A stretch of 64,000 nucleotides of DNA from Lama guanicoe (lineage: Eukaryota), in contig MU054049.1 of NCBI GenBank assembly GCA_013239625.1, positions 1,863,892 to 1,927,891 of the forward strand, given 5' to 3'. Below are positions 1 through 15,350 of the stretch, one piece after another. The first letter of the stretch is position 1, and each line of letters starts with the position of its first letter. The translations under genes were made by a program, and so were the position numbers. The notes below the pieces were generated by a model that saw nothing but the letters and a program-made list of their open reading frames with translations, was not told where the DNA came from and ran no database searches.

Positions 1-397
1 TGGTAATACTTACGACTAACTTAACCTATTCACATATACCAAGACTTCACAAATTTCTTGGTGTTACCAAGAACTTAAAAATTACCAAAACTTTAACATT
101 TCTGGTGTCTCTAAGCATGGGAAACTGAAGGTTAGTACAAGGAAAGGTAGAGAACATTAACTGGTCATGGGGAACTTAGAAAGAAAAGATTTATTTATGT
201 CCCGGGTTATCTTTTAAAAAGATCATATTTGTAGATAATTTCTAAAAGTAAATGATCTAGCTCCTATAGGAAAGTATTTGTGGTAAAATAGATGTTATCC
301 ATTAAGAAAAAAGGGACCTTTCAGTGTGCATTAATGTATGATAATGGTTAAATACATTTCGTTTTCATACACTTCTCTCCATACTTTTCAAACATTT

Positions 398-722
398 CTC
401 TGCCATAACAAAATACCACAGACTGGGTGACTTAAAAAATAGACATAAATTTTCTCACAGTTTTGGAGACTAGAAGTCCAAGATCAAGGTGTCAGCATGT
501 TTGGTTTCTTTTGAGACCTCTCTCCTTGGCTTACAGATGGTCACCTTCATGTTATGCCCTCACACAATCTTTTCTCTGTGAGCAAGCACCACTGGTGTTT
601 TTTGGTATGCCTTAATCTCCGCTTCTTCTAAGGATGCTAGTTAGATTGGATTAGGCGCCACTGTGATCACATCCCTTATACATTCTGACCTACTAGGGCT
701 GGGGCTTCAACATATGAATGTG
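398..722 (-). mobile_element. MLT1-family (ERVL-MaLR) solo LTR
   Basis: Diagnostic string ctgccataacaaaataccacagactgggtg...tagaagtccaagatcaaggtgtcagca...ttcaacatatgaat. Ends approximate. Confidence 0.8.
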
Positions 723-2289
723 TGAGGTGAGGAGCACCTACTGCTTATGCAAATGTCTTCTATTATCAATGACCAAGTGACAGATTCACATACACGTTTA
801 ATAAGTAACATCTGATGAAAAGCTAAAGATAAATCTTATTCTACTTGATATGCAGTAAAAACAATAAAAACATCATGTGTTTGGAGATAACAGCTTTAAG
901 GCAAGGGTTTGGAACAGTGAAAGCAGGCTCACATTTAAAAAGAATCTAATACGATAAAAGATATTTCTCAGAATCACGAGTCAGGTTCAAGAGAGAAATT
1001 ATAACTATTGGTATATCAAAGAACATTTGGGACAGCTTTTCTGAGGAATTCCTTTTTTTAAAAAATGGTATCTGTGTGTATGTTTCACTTTGGAAAATAG
1101 TGCATTTATTCTTCAAACTTTTTATGAGATTCCTTTAAGAATTCTAAACATTAAAATAACCTAATAAATTATATATATAAAAAACATGTTCAACAGTTAA
1201 TTAGATTCTCAAGTACATTAAGATATAAGGTAATAAATGTAATTATATTTGAAACATCTGCTAAGTTTGAAGTGTAGCAAAAGCCTTTCTGGATTATTTG
1301 GTTATTTTACTAACAATATGAAAGGCTGGGATAAGTAGAGCACCAGAGAGAGACTGTCCCTGTGGTAAGACCCAGGGGGAAGATGTGACGATGAGATACT
1401 GAATGCCACACATGCCGATCCCAGGGCACTCCCAATCCCCTTGCAATGGTACACACAGTCTGCTGTCATTATCAAAAGTCTATGTGGGGATTGGCTCAGG
1501 GGTAGCCATGAAAAACCACAAACCTCATTATCTTATGAATCAATTTCATAACCAAATCCTACTCATGGGAGTTAAACAATGGTTTTCAGAGCTGAGTCAG
1601 TCTTCTCAGCTATAAGAGCAACTGGAGGAACTAAGGAAAATACCACCTGTTTTGGTAAAGCCCTATTTATCTAGAGAACAGAATCAGCATGCCATCGTAT
1701 GACAGTTTATTACGGTTAACAATAGCAAAAATTTGAACTCACAATAGGTCTGGCTCATTTTTATATTTTTGTAATACAATTTAAAAAAAAAGAAAATGAT
1801 TATAGGAGACGGAACGAAGCAGCACAGAAAACCACAGATTCCATCATAAATATGTCAAATTATCAAATAAATAAATAATTTATATGTGAATCTTACCTTT
1901 AATAGAACAACACTGACTTGACTTTTATGGGTTATTGGTTTTACTCATGATAGCAAACCTTGTAGAGAAAATGTCATTGGGCAGGTCTGAAAAAAAAACT
2001 TTCAGGGTTCATTCATTTCTATAGGGTTTTACCGCGATAATGTTCCAAAGCAGCTGAAAGTACTTGATGAGATAAATGCATGTGTGGGGCTTAATATCAA
2101 GCAATAGCCTATCTGGCATCAGTAATCAAACAATTACGAAATGGAAAGTACATCTTGTACAAGCTGACAGACCCATTAAATCAGGAGAGCTGTTGGGCAG
2201 ACATACTGACACTGCAAGAATTACCAGAAAGCATTAATTCCAGCATTAATAAAATGGCAGTAAATAGATGACAGCTGCCAGATGAACTA

Positions 2290-2538
<249 letters not shown>

Positions 2539-3882
2539 CTATATGTCTCAGCAAAGCAGGAGAGCAGAAAACACCATTTTATTTTTAGATTCCAAGGCAA
2601 TACATATCGTGGACTGCCAGTCTTTAAACAGTAAAGTGAAAAATTACCTAAGACAGCAAATAGAACATATTGTAAACATCTATCATTTACAGTGAGTCTC
2701 TGAGGTTAAAACACTTGTGGAGCAAACAAAAGGAATTTAGTTCTTTGTTTCCTCTAATAATAAAGACACTGCATTTGTATCTTGACAAGAGCTCACTCCT
2801 TTGTTTTGAAAGACCTGCTCTAAGTCAATGAGTAACATCACCATATACTGTCCAAGAACTAATCCCAAGAAGTCAACTGCTGTAAAAAATGTGTAATAAA
2901 ATCAGTACAAAAGTCTACCTACTATGCTCAACTGCTGACTGTGCATAACTATTTTTAAAAAGGGAAAGAAATGGAAGTGGATAATAATACTTCATGGAAA
3001 CCAGAAGGACTGGATGAAATCATTTTGGAAATGTAAAATTCCAAATATTTCATCTTTTTTATAAATGTGCAAATATTAGTATGTCAGCCAGCTTTTCACA
3101 CTGAAGAATAGCAATAGAAACCTTCATGCTAGTCTGTAAACAATTATCAGGAATTCAACATCAACACAGATAATTGTTGCAACCACGTATTTTAACCAAA
3201 CCAGAGGGAAAGAGACTAGGGACTGGACTTGAGATATTACAAAGAAGTTTGTATGTCTACACAGGTAATAGCTGATTTTTTCTGCCACAATGGGTCTTTT
3301 GCATTAAAACACACACACAGACAAACATATACATTTTTCTGTAAAAATTTACCTCTGGTAAACCAAATTAGTGGTGAAGTAAAAATGTTACAGTGTAAAA
3401 TATATTCTAATAAGAAACAGGAGACAGCAGCAACAAATTCACCATACGTTCTGCTGTCGACTGTGTCGTCTCATTAGGTAAACTGCCCCAACATACGTTT
3501 GCCCCGCTTACCTAAACTCACAGAAGAGTTAAAGATAACTAAATAAGCTGTTTAAAGGCTTTAAGCTCTAATTAGAATCTATTCTAAATTAAGTTTGGCC
3601 TGGGAAGTTAACCACCACTGACTGCTTACAATTAGCAGCTGAGATACCTGAAGAGAGCTGTGCCTTTCTTGTTCTTGGTTTAGACATACGGCTTTTATTT
3701 CTCTGTTCTTCCCTTTGGTATATGGACATGGTAATACTGTTTTAACTACTAATGAACCTGTACTATTGAATTTAAAAAGAAAATTCAATTTCTAAAATGA
3801 GAGTAGATGGGAGACAGAATGTACTGGGTCAAGCCCACATTCCTGAGCTTCTGGCCACGTACTAAAGAAGGAAATGAACTCA

Positions 3883-4023
<141 letters not shown>

Positions 4024-4634
4024 CTAAAGGGTCTTTGATAATAAACAAACGAACAACCCCACTGGTCTTAATGACTTATTATTATTTCCCATAAAGAAAA
4101 AAATGATGCCTCCAAAAACCATTGCAGTGTTTACCATACAGTGAATGAATGTCCCAATCAACAAAGAAAAACAGGCTCTGTCATATTCATTTTTTTTATT
4201 TTGTGAGGAATGCATAAAGACTGTGTTTTATAGAAGTCCACTGTCTTCAATGTCAGTGATCTGATGATAACATTTAATAAGTATTGTTGAGAAAAGAAAT
4301 TTTACATAAAAACATTCCCTAAGTGTCATTAAAATTAAATCTAGGATTTGCAAATCAATAGGTACGGTACTTCAAAGGGCTCTGTAAAACCAGGAGATTT
4401 ATGCATGAGAAGACAAGGGAGAGAAAAAAGCATAATTAACATTCATCTGATGAGAATATGTACCAAGCTTGGCACATAACATAGATTTCTAGTTCATTGG
4501 ACTTGGACATATCAAAAGGGATGGTGTCAAAAGTGTTCTACTCTTTAACTAAATAAGCTCATTCCAATTTCTATGGTCAACTCATAATTACTTGACTTTA
4601 TGAGAAAAAAACAGTAAAATTAAAAGCTGCCTTA

Positions 4635-6177
4635 TTAGATCCAATTAAATAGAAATACACAGAACAATTCACCCCAAACCAACAGAAGACACATTCTTTT
4701 CAAGTGCACATAGAATATTCTCCAGAACAGATCACGTGTTAGACCACAAAACAAATCTCAATAAATTTAAGATGATTAAAATCATATCAAGCAGTTTTTC
4801 TGACCACAAGAGTATGAAACTAGAAATCAACCACAAGAAAAAAAACTTCAAAAAAACCAAACAAATGGAGTCTATGCAACATGGTACTAAACAATGAGTA
4901 GATCACTAAAGAAATCAAAGAAGAAATCTAAAAATAGCTGGAGACAAATGAAAATGGAAACACACCCTCCAAAATCTGTGGGACACAGCAAAAGCATTTC
5001 TAAGAGGATGGTTTATAGCAATACAAGCCTACCTCAGGAAACAAGAAAAATATCAAATAAACAATCTGACCTTACATATAAAGGAATTAGAAAAAGAATA
5101 AATAAAACCCAAAATTAATAGAAGTAAAGAAAATAATAAAGATCAGAGCAGAAATAAATGAAATACAGACTGAAAAAAAAATAGAAAAGATCACCAAAAC
5201 TAAAGAGCTGGTTCTTTGAGAAGACAAACAAAACTGAAAAACTTTTAATTGGACACACTAAGGGAATAAAATGATAAAGGCCTCAAATTGATAAAATCAG
5301 CAAGGACAGAGAAGTTATAACCACCACTACAAAAACCTGAAGGACAAGTGATTACTAGGAACAATTATATGCCAAAAAAATGGACAACACAGAAGAAATG
5401 GATAAATTCTCAGAAATATACAACTCCCAAAAACAGAATCAGGAAGAAACGGAAAATAACAAATAAACCCATTACCATAGTGAAACTGAATCAGTAATAA
5501 TAATTTTTAAAACTTCTAATAAACAAAAGTCCATGACCAGGTGGCTTCACAGGTGATTTTGTATAACATTGGAAGAGTTAATGCCTATCCTTCTCAAATT
5601 ATTCCAAAAAGATGAAAAGGAAGGAACACTTCCAAACTCATTCTATATGGCCAGCATCAACCTGATACCAAAATCAGACAAAGATATCACAAAAAAGGGG
5701 AAACTACAGGCCAATACCACTGATGAACACAGATTTAAAAAATCCTCAACAAAATTTTAGCAAAACAAATTCAACATAAAAAGGATCACACACCACGATC
5801 AAGTGGAATTTATCCCAAGCATGCAAGGATGGTTCAATATCTGCAAATCAATCAATGTGATAAACCACACTAACAAACTGAAGAATAAAGAGAATATAAT
5901 CATCTCAATAAGGTTCAGCTTTTGATAAAATTCAACATCCACTTGATAGAAACTCAACAAAGAGAGTACAGAGGGAACATACTTCAACATAATAAAGGCC
6001 ATATATGACAAATCCACAGTCAATGTCATACTCAATGCTGAAAAGCAAAAAGCGTTTCCTCTAAGATAGGAACAAGACAAGAATGCCCACTCTCACTACT
6101 TCTATTCAACATAAAATTAGCAGTCTTAGCCACAGCAATCAGACAAGAAAAAGAACATAAAAGAAATCCAAATTGGA
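4635..6177 (+). mobile_element. Degraded LINE-1 ORF2 fragment (end of endonuclease through start of reverse transcriptase)
   Basis: A-rich strand with L1 ORF2 hallmarks. ORF fragment 5569..5760 reads [28 protein letters not shown]. Multiple frameshifts and stops. Confidence 0.92.
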
Positions 6178-6409
6178 GCCCAAATAAAGAATTAAAAGTT
6201 CTTCAACACCATAAAGCAGTTAGTATTGGTGTCATCAGAATTAACTTTGTAAGGGGTTAGAGAAACGAAAGGTATTTGAATCCATTTACGTGAGGTTTAA
6301 AAGAAACCTTGTCTACTGATCTGAATAGGAATAAAGACAGCTAGGAACAATCTTGTTCTTTTGTTTTCTGCCCTGCAGTGGACAAGCCTCATTTTCCCCA
6401 ATATTAAAA

Positions 6410-6411
<2 letters not shown>

Positions 6412-6456
<45 letters not shown>
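6412..6456 (+). repeat. (AAT)15 microsatellite
   Basis: Perfect trinucleotide run read directly. Confidence 0.97.
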
Positions 6457-6457
<1 letters not shown>

Positions 6458-9059
6458 CCTACTCTGATCTCTTAACTATGAAAACAAACAGCTTTCTGTC
6501 TTTTCAAAAGAAAGTGGTTGAACAATATAAACTATCAATGATCATATTTCCATTTCAAGTTAGAATGGTTTCAGTCTTCTTTCCTAAGAGAAACAAAGTT
6601 AGATTTATTTCCTTCAGGTTTGGGAAATCAAAAACGCACACATACAGATGCTTTTCCTTAGTCTAAATGAATTAAATCCTGAAATTTCTAAGTAGACATC
6701 TTTCAAAATTATGTTGTTCTGAAAAAAAAATCAATGCTCTTAGCTTGTTTTAAATTCAAATGTATCGATAAACTTTTATGAAAATGCTAAGGTAAACAGT
6801 GATGACAGCAAAAATACAGAAGACTGAGTGACCTTTGCAACAGTTCTCTGGATAGCCTATAAGACTTCATGCTCAGAGATAAACTTACACTTAAGTTAAA
6901 AACTCTAAGGAACCCATTAAAATCTTTTCAAGAGCTCATGACAACTTTATGAGTTCTTAGATTTAGTAGTAAGAAAAATTCTTATTTTCTTTTACTAGCA
7001 ATGAAAGTTTATGATGACCATAGCAAAGAATATGTGGAGATTTAAAAAATGCTACTTACTAATGGGCTGTGCCCTTGGAAAGAAGATTTATACAAAAACC
7101 ATTACCCTGCTTTTATTAGTATCATTAAAAAAGTGGTGATTATGCAGCAGAAAGAACACTCTTGTTTTTCATTCCCATGATTAATAAACATTAAGAAAGG
7201 CCAAACTCCAACTGAATTTGGATCTTTCCCAATGAGCTGGTGTCATTTCGTTAGCACTGGGCTGTTATGGTAGTGATGGGCACCTCTAGAGTTGTTACTC
7301 TATAAAAAGTACCAGCACTATAAGCAATGGTGTCCACTTTTGTCCTTTCTATCAGTTCTGCTGACACTCACAAAAGATATAAGGACCTGTGGTGTCTGGG
7401 ATGATTTGATTCACTGGAGGGCAGGTTTTATATTAAATGTACCAACATTCCACTCAGTAGTTTCATGTGTAGGCATCTGCTTTATGTTCTTACCAAACAG
7501 GAACAACAAAACAATATCCCAGAACCACAGTAACACCTTTTGGTACTGAAGCTGTTTACTGGATGTTGTAGAGGAACACAAAGGGGATAAAAAAGGGAAG
7601 ACTGGAGTTTTAATTCTTTCCCTCTATCTGTACTTACTGAAAGGTTTTAACTCATGACTGCTCCAGGAAGGGTAGCAGCAAATAGAAGGATTAACACTGT
7701 CTGGATAAAAGGATTTGCCTGTTTGTATGACCTGTTTCATATTCATTTAAAAGTCTGATACCAACCAGATGCCCTACAATGATGATAAATTTAATTTATT
7801 TCCAATTTCTCAAACTCTTCTACAGATTCAGGCAGCACAGTCACAGCCATTAGCTCATTGAGCCTGGATGAATCATTGAAGGAATGGAATTGATCAGGCA
7901 GATAGATTGCAGTGCATGGTTAAGAGTCTCCTAAGAAGGGAGATGGCAGAAATCCAACATCAAATAGATGATGAAATGGCCATTTCCATTAAGGGAACAT
8001 CACATCACAGATATTAATTAGGAGGCACTAAAATAGAGTTAAGTGGATATGGGGAAAAAATGCTGAGTTAAAGTCACCCCGGGTGTCCTGAGCCTGAGGT
8101 AATTACAGATGTGAAGGTGAGTCATGGATCTGCAACTCTCCATCTATTTCACAATGGCTGCAGGTAAGATAGAGACCAACTATAACTGCAGTGATGATCC
8201 TTTTAGACTGGGGACAAACTCTCCTTAAAAATGAAAAACAATTCTAATGCTTTCCTTTTATTATTCCCAGGGAAATTACATCTTTTATTTACAGAAACAT
8301 TAATGGGAGGTGACAAGAGACTACTTTCCTAGTACAACAGAAATGAAGCAAATGAAACAAATTAGCTTTGAGTTTAAATGCCCAGCATTCTACTAACTTT
8401 TTTATTTCAAGGATGTAAATTCATCTTAAAAATTGATGGGATATTTTGTTATGTCTTCAATTCCAACCTAGCTTAACTGCTATAAATTAAGAATCTTCTA
8501 AAGTATTATTCAATACATACAAATGCTGGAGTCAGTCACATTCCAGACCTTCATTGTTCTCTAAAACAGTTGAGATCAATATTCTTAATATTCATTTGCC
8601 CAACAATGGACTTCTGACCATTTAATTTTTTTTTGTTCTGTAATTCCTTATACTCCTTTCTCCCCTAGAAATTTCTATCTATCTTTTCTTTCTGCATACA
8701 TAATAAACAGCAAATGCAGATAGATTACCAATATGTGCACTAAGAAAATGCTGAGAATAAAACAGTTTTATCTTCCTATTTCAGTACAGTCTGGTTCACA
8801 AACTCAGAATTCTGGATGAAATCTTCAGGTTATTAACTTCAAATAGCTGCATTTCTATCAAAAAAGAAGCTCCTTTGCCAAAGTTTCATTCTTAAGTTCC
8901 TACATAAACTCAACTAACAATTGTTATTTTTTGCCTTACCTCACCAAAATAGCAGAATCACAAGAATATTATAAGAAATAATACAGAATATCTAAAAGAT
9001 GTGAAATAACTTGTTGAAAGCCCTTTTACCCACAAGTACTTATAAAAGATAAGGACACA

Positions 9060-10730
9060 ACAGCAAAAATGACAGAGTAAGAGCCTTAGAGAATTCTCTT
9101 CTCCACAAAAATGGGAACGCTGGCAAAACTTTGTGAGAATCATCTTTTTCTGAACTGTGGGAATTAACCAAAGGCCTGCAGCAGTCTGAGTGTTAATTAA
9201 AGAAAAATTGGCTGAATATTGGCTAAAAACAGTGAGTTATGTGGTGCTTTAACTTGCCCTATTCGTATTCCACTTTCCCAAGCTCTGCAGTAGCCTTAAA
9301 AGCCAGTAGCCTGTAACCATACTGAAAACCAGCAGCCTGGTAGCCACCAGAGGGGGCAGAAGAAAGTTTAAGCTCCATTCAAAACCCCATTCTCAGAGAA
9401 CTGTCATCATTTGACTTGTCCGGTGGGTCCCTGGAAGACTTCACTCACAATGCTGTCTTTATTTGACCAGACTTGGACTTTGTCCAATGGGAAAAGTCTA
9501 ATTCCCAGGGTTGTTTGTTGAAAAAAACTATAGTCAATTATTTAACAGTGTAACTGCCTGAAACAGTAGATTTCAGTCGGGGTAAATAGGCTAACCAAAA
9601 GGCTTCAAAGGAAAAGCTGAGGAATGAGAAGTCCTTTTAAGGGACTTCAAAAAGTTCTAAGTATCCTCAGGAATCTGGAAGTCTACACACATGCCCATGG
9701 CTGTGCACATGCTCCAGAAAGGCCTGAGAATGTCCTAAACTCTTCCCTCTGTCTGATCTTGAAGCTCTGTGCAAGCAGGAAGGAAGTGCCTGGTGGAGTG
9801 TTGAAGGTGAGCCCCAACATAAACCTTTGGCAAGGACTGAGTGACTTATTGGCTCTAAGCATTTAAGGAAATCTCTGTCCAATCATTAGCTGACCACTAA
9901 CCTAACCAAGCAGAGACGTTAGTGGCCACACATAAAAAAGAAAACAGACTTTACAGTATTAGATCAGGAAAGTCACTAAACAAACAACAAACAGCAACAA
10001 AAACAAACTCTGGGGAAAGAAGAAAATCTAATTTCAAGAGTTGCCACATTTAAAATGTCCTGTTTCCAAGAAAACCTGAGACATGCAGAGAAACAAGAAA
10101 GTAGGGCCCATACTCAGGGGGAAAAAGTAGTCATTAGTAACTGTCCCTGAGGTGCCTTGATGTTGGACTAAACAGACTTTAAATCAGTTGTTTTAAATAC
10201 ATCCAAAAAACTAAAGGAAATTATGTCTAAAGAACTAAATGAAGGTATGAGAATAATGCATCATAAATAGAGAATATAAAGAGATAGAAATTATTTTCAA
10301 ATTATTTTTAAAAAGAACCAAACAGAAATTCTGGAGTTGAAAAGTATAACTGCAATAAAAATTTCACTGGAGGGATTAAAAAGCAGATTAGAGCAGACAG
10401 AAGAAAGAATTAGCGAACTTGAAGATAGAGCAATTGAAATTATCCAGTCTGAGAAACAGAAAGAACGATGAAAGAAGGAAAACGAACAGAGCTTCAGAGA
10501 CCAATGGGACATCACCAAATGTGCCAACATACGCACAACAGAAGTCCCAGAAACAGAGAAGAGGATAGGGACAGAAAGAATACTTGAAAAAATAATGCCC
10601 AAAACTTATCAAACACGTCTAAATATTCAAGATGCTCAATGAATCCATATAGGATAAAGTCAAAGAGATCCATACCTACACATACCATAATCAAAGAATT
10701 GAAAGACAAAGAGGGATTCTTGAAAGCAAA
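9060..10730 (+). mobile_element. Old LINE-1 (L1M-type) 5'UTR plus degraded ORF1
   Basis: ORF1-like string gaaccaaacagaaattctggagttgaaaagtataac...gaagaaagaattagcgaacttgaagatag, preceded by L1M 5'UTR-like sequence. Confidence 0.8.
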
Positions 10731-11828
10731 ACATAAGGGACAAAATTTAGATACTCTCCTAAAGGCTGCCTACAAATGTATCAGAGACAAAGAGTGCGGC
10801 TTCAAGATTAGACCTCAGTCTTAGTTCTGTCATGTATCTCTTTAGAGATAAATTTGTTGAGTTATACGTTTGATAAAACTAATAGGGGATGCTTTTTGTC
10901 CTATTGTAACTTTTAAGAGTAACAATCAACCAAATTTTCCAAACCAGTTGAATGTTTAGTCTCCTACACTAATCTCAAAGTGGCAATAGATTCAAAGAGG
11001 AAATAAATTCTCTTTCGCAGAAAGAAGAAAGTATCAGCGTTTCATGGCCAATTATGGCTTTTATGTGGGAGTGTTCTTTACGTACCCAAATAAAAGGTTT
11101 AACTTACCTACATGGCTGATTAAGAGCTTCTTAAGAGCTATGAGTTAATCATTAATTTTGTTTGTAACCTATACACAAGAAAATACTGCAGCATATTGAT
11201 ATCACAATCTAGAGAAACTTAAAGAAAATAAATGTAAATCTTAATAACAGACCTAAAGTATAAATTTGACTATGTTTCCTTCTCTCCTCCTCCCATATTA
11301 ACTTGAGAAGAAACACTAAGATAGTCACACTTTTTCTCTTAGAATTAGAAATTAGAATAAACATAAGGTTACTGATTTATTTCCCTTTTATAAAGCTCAC
11401 TATTGTATGACTCTCTCCAAACACCGTAACTGTGTTTTTTATATTTATATAGTGTGTTCATATTAAAGTACAACAAATCACTTTGGAAATAAAATAGGAA
11501 AAAAATAATAGGATACATGCTCAAAGACATATCATTCTTCTTTTTAAGGGTACTATACCATAAAATTTCAAACTGGACAGTAATTGAATTGTTTTTACCC
11601 TTGTTCCTAAGATAAAATTACCAAGAAAGAAAAAATGGGGATAAAATGTCTTACTCAAGATTATGAAAATAAAATTGTAACAATTAAAAATTAAGCATAA
11701 TTAATGAATAAAAATACTGGGAGTAATAACCATAGTAGAGAAAAGCTTTATCTGGGTGGCCTCTAGTCTTCATGATAGATAGTCATAGGTGGGGAACACT
11801 ACCCCATTGTCCAGACCTCCCAAAACTA

Positions 11829-11978
<150 letters not shown>

Positions 11979-12386
11979 CTATTTGGGAAAATGTGGCATA
12001 TTAAATGATGATTTAAAATACTCACATGTACAATAAAGAAGTGTGCTCCCTCTAAACTCTGACCTTCCTTTCCCATATAAATCAATCCCCAAGTTAGTAA
12101 TCTTCCTGGGGAGAATAGATTGTGGTTGACTGCACTCTCCATCTCACTGCAGTTAACATCTCTGAATATTTCTATGGATTCCAAAATCTTAGAAGGAATT
12201 TGGAAAATAAAGCTTTCAGGCAAAAGCTTCAATGTAATTATATGGACTCTTATTTATAAACCTTATTGGTGCTTGAAGGGCCACAAATCACAGGAAGTTT
12301 TACCCGGAGAGGTTTCAAGATCATTTCTCCATCATTCACCACTCAATTTCAATTTATGTACTTCATACGACTTTAAAACAATTATA

Positions 12387-12814
12387 CAGGCACACTTCAA
12401 TTTATTGCAGTTTGCTTTACTGCACTTCACAAACATTGTGTTTTTCACATATTAAAGGTTTATGGCAACCCTGCACCCAGCAAGGCTACAGAGGCCATTT
12501 TTCCAATGGCATTTGCTCACTTGGTGCCTCTGTGTCACATTTTGGTAATCCTTGCAATATTTCAAATCTTCCACAAGCAAAAAGATTACAGCTTGCTAAA
12601 GGCTGAGATGATGGTTGGCACTTTTTAGCAATAAAGTACTTTTTAATTAAGGTATGTACTTTTTTTTAGACATAATGCTATTGAACACTTAAAAGACTAC
12701 AGTATAGTGTAAATATAACTTTTATATGCACCGAGAAACCGAAAAATTCGTGTGACTAGCTTTACTGCAATGATCTGGAACCAAACCTGTGGTATCTCCA
12801 AGGTAGATAGCCTG
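12387..12814 (+). mobile_element. Non-autonomous Tigger1 derivative (Tigger1a-like, TcMar)
   Basis: Termini caggc...gcctg flanked by TA dinucleotides (12385-86, 12815-16). Both Tigger1 ends are present with the transposase deleted. Confidence 0.85.
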
Positions 12815-13398
12815 TATCTTTCTCATATAATATGGCAATCAAGGACTTGTCCTTAAAGATTTGAAAAATTAGTACTTGATCTTTTTTGGGTAACTTTTTT
12901 CTTTTGTGGAAGAATAAAGGGATGGAAATTTCTTCCTTCTAAATTCAATTGCAAACCCCAAACCACATAAACATTTCAACTATTTCTTCTTTAATACAGC
13001 TCAGGGGAAAAAATGAAGACAAAAACCTAGTTTAACAACAAAGAGTCAAAGATTAATTATTTCTAATTTAGTTTAAAACTATACATAAGTTTTCCATGGA
13101 GTACTATGATGGGACCCCCAAGCTCCTGTTAATAAAGATGAGTTACACAATCCTCAAGACAAAGCAACTTAACTTACCAGGATTATGTTTGTCTTAAATT
13201 TTCTATGCAGTCTAATGTGTCCAACAGTATGCTAGGCTCTATGGGGTAATATGTAAGAAATGGTTTCTGATTCTGTCTTACATTACTCTACTTAAGGAAT
13301 TAGATTATACACAGACACAACTTGTGTACATCCATAAACACTACCCCAACCCCACCCCGCACAGGAATTCACTAAGTAACGTAAGAGAGGCTTCTACA

Positions 13399-14295
13399 TG
13401 TATAGGAAAGACACACTCCTGCATCTCTTCTTTACTCACACTACTACCACACTCACAACACATCTTACACCAGACATGTGGATCTTCCACATACCAAGCA
13501 TTCTGTGACATCAGCTGGGTGTCCTTCAATTCAGTTCCGACACATTTTACCTGGAGTTAGCATCAGATCCCACAGGCTAAGGATTCAGTCCCATAAGACT
13601 GCCCTAGTTCAGATGCTAATCTCAAGTCCACGATGGCACCCGTACTTCCAGTTGACAGGCTATAAATTAGGGTTCCCATGATTCCTCCTGGGGTTTGATG
13701 AGTTGCTAGAATAGCTCAAAGAACTCAGGGTAACACGAGCTTACATTTACTAACTTATTAGAAAGGATATAATAAAGGACACAGATGAGCAGTCAGATGA
13801 AGAGATACACAGGGAAAGGTATGTGGGAAGGGACACAGAGATTCTACACCCTTTCCAGCCAAGTCACCTTCCAACCCAAAAGCTCTCCAAATCCTGTACT
13901 TCTGAAATTTTTATGGAAGTTTCATCATATAGGTATGATTGATCATTAACTGAGTCTCCAGTCGCTCTCCTTTCCCAGAGGGTGTAAGGTGGAGTGAAAA
14001 GTTCCAAATTTCTAATCATGACTTAGTCTTTCTGGTGACCAGCCCTGATCCTGAAGCTACCCAGGAGCCCACCAAGAGCTGAATCCTTAGAACAAAAGAG
14101 ACTCCTATCACCCCCGAAATTTCAAGGGATTCAGGAACTCTCATTCAGGAATCAGGGTCAAGGACCAAATATTAGAACAACAGATGCTCCTAGTGCTTTG
14201 CTCACTTAGGAAATTACAACAGTTTTAGGAGCTCTGTGCCAACAAAAGGGTGCAGAGAGCAATATATATATATATATATTTCCTATTATTTCACA
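13399..14295 (-). mobile_element. MER21-family solo LTR
   Basis: TG...CA termini. Characteristic cagctgggtgtccttcaattcagttccgacacattttacctggagttagcatcagatcccacagg. Confidence 0.8.
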
Positions 14296-14719
14296 TATAC
14301 TTTTAAACTATTGTCAAATATAAGATTTCTTAAAACTTCTTTGTGTTCTCTAAAGCAATTATGATATGAAATGATAATGTGAAGCCTATTTTACGAAAGA
14401 GTAAAAGAAGAATGAATTTTTTTATATGTAAAAATATGTATGAAGGGACAGAAGTTAACAGAAGATAAAGTAGTCTCGTTTCACTATAGAACTTAAAAAA
14501 TACTGAAAGATGTGACTGGATAAGTTCTTGAAATGAGTTACAACAGTTAATCATATATATTATTTGGGTTTATATTCTGGTATAATAAATCAACACTAAA
14601 AAACAAAGTAAATCTACCCTATACAGAAAAATAACCGGATAAACTAGTCCACTGATTAGAATTAGTTACCCCTATTACATAATAAGGTCTTTATGCATAG
14701 GGTGAGTATGGCTTAAATT

Positions 14720-15350
14720 GTTCAATTCAACAAATATTGATGAAATACTGTGCTGTGAACCATGGAATACAAAGATGAATAAGATGTGGTTCCTGGTTTC
14801 AGAGCATTTACAATCTAGATGGGAGTCAGGCACATAAGTAGAACGGTAAAATGATTATTAAAGAACCTATTAGTATGTATTTGATACTTCCCAAATAATA
14901 CAGTTAACTAAAATCAGAGCATGAGGAGGATAGGGGGGCATTTCAAGAGGATGTAGCATTCAAATTAGATTTTGCTGACATTCTGGCCGAGGGAACAGCT
15001 GCACAGAGACATAGGAAAAACCAGATGTAAAGAACTGTCTGAGGAGGGCGGTAAGCAGATGCCTTATGCCTGTGTGCAGTGCATAGCACGTGGAGAGGTG
15101 AAGCTGGTAATGAGCTGGTCTGGCGTCCAGGAAACTTTTACTTAATCCTGAAGGTTCTGGGAAAGATTCTAAGAAGAAGAGTAACACTGTGTTTTAGGAA
15201 GATAATTTAGGCTATAGTTTAAAGAATGAACTGGAAAAGTAAAAGCAGAAAGACTGGTTAGGTACATACTGAATACTTTGGACAGGCTCTATCTACCAGG
15301 TCCTCAGACAGGTCAGTGTGAAGGAAAGTGAAGGAAGAGAGAGACCCAGC
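14720..15350 (-). mobile_element. Ancient L2 LINE 3' fragment(s)
   Basis: ttcaacaaatattgatg...tacaaagatgaataagatgtggttcctg is the typical reverse-complemented L2 3' end. Highly diverged. Confidence 0.6.

Noticed and set aside
6361..6666. 101-aa ORF with poly-Asn
   Set aside because: Artefact of the (AAT)15 microsatellite; no splice or homology support.
4635..10730. A single full-length L1 made of the two + strand fragments
   Set aside because: ORF2 lies upstream of the 5'UTR/ORF1 piece, which is the wrong order. They are separate decayed insertions with no intact ORFs.
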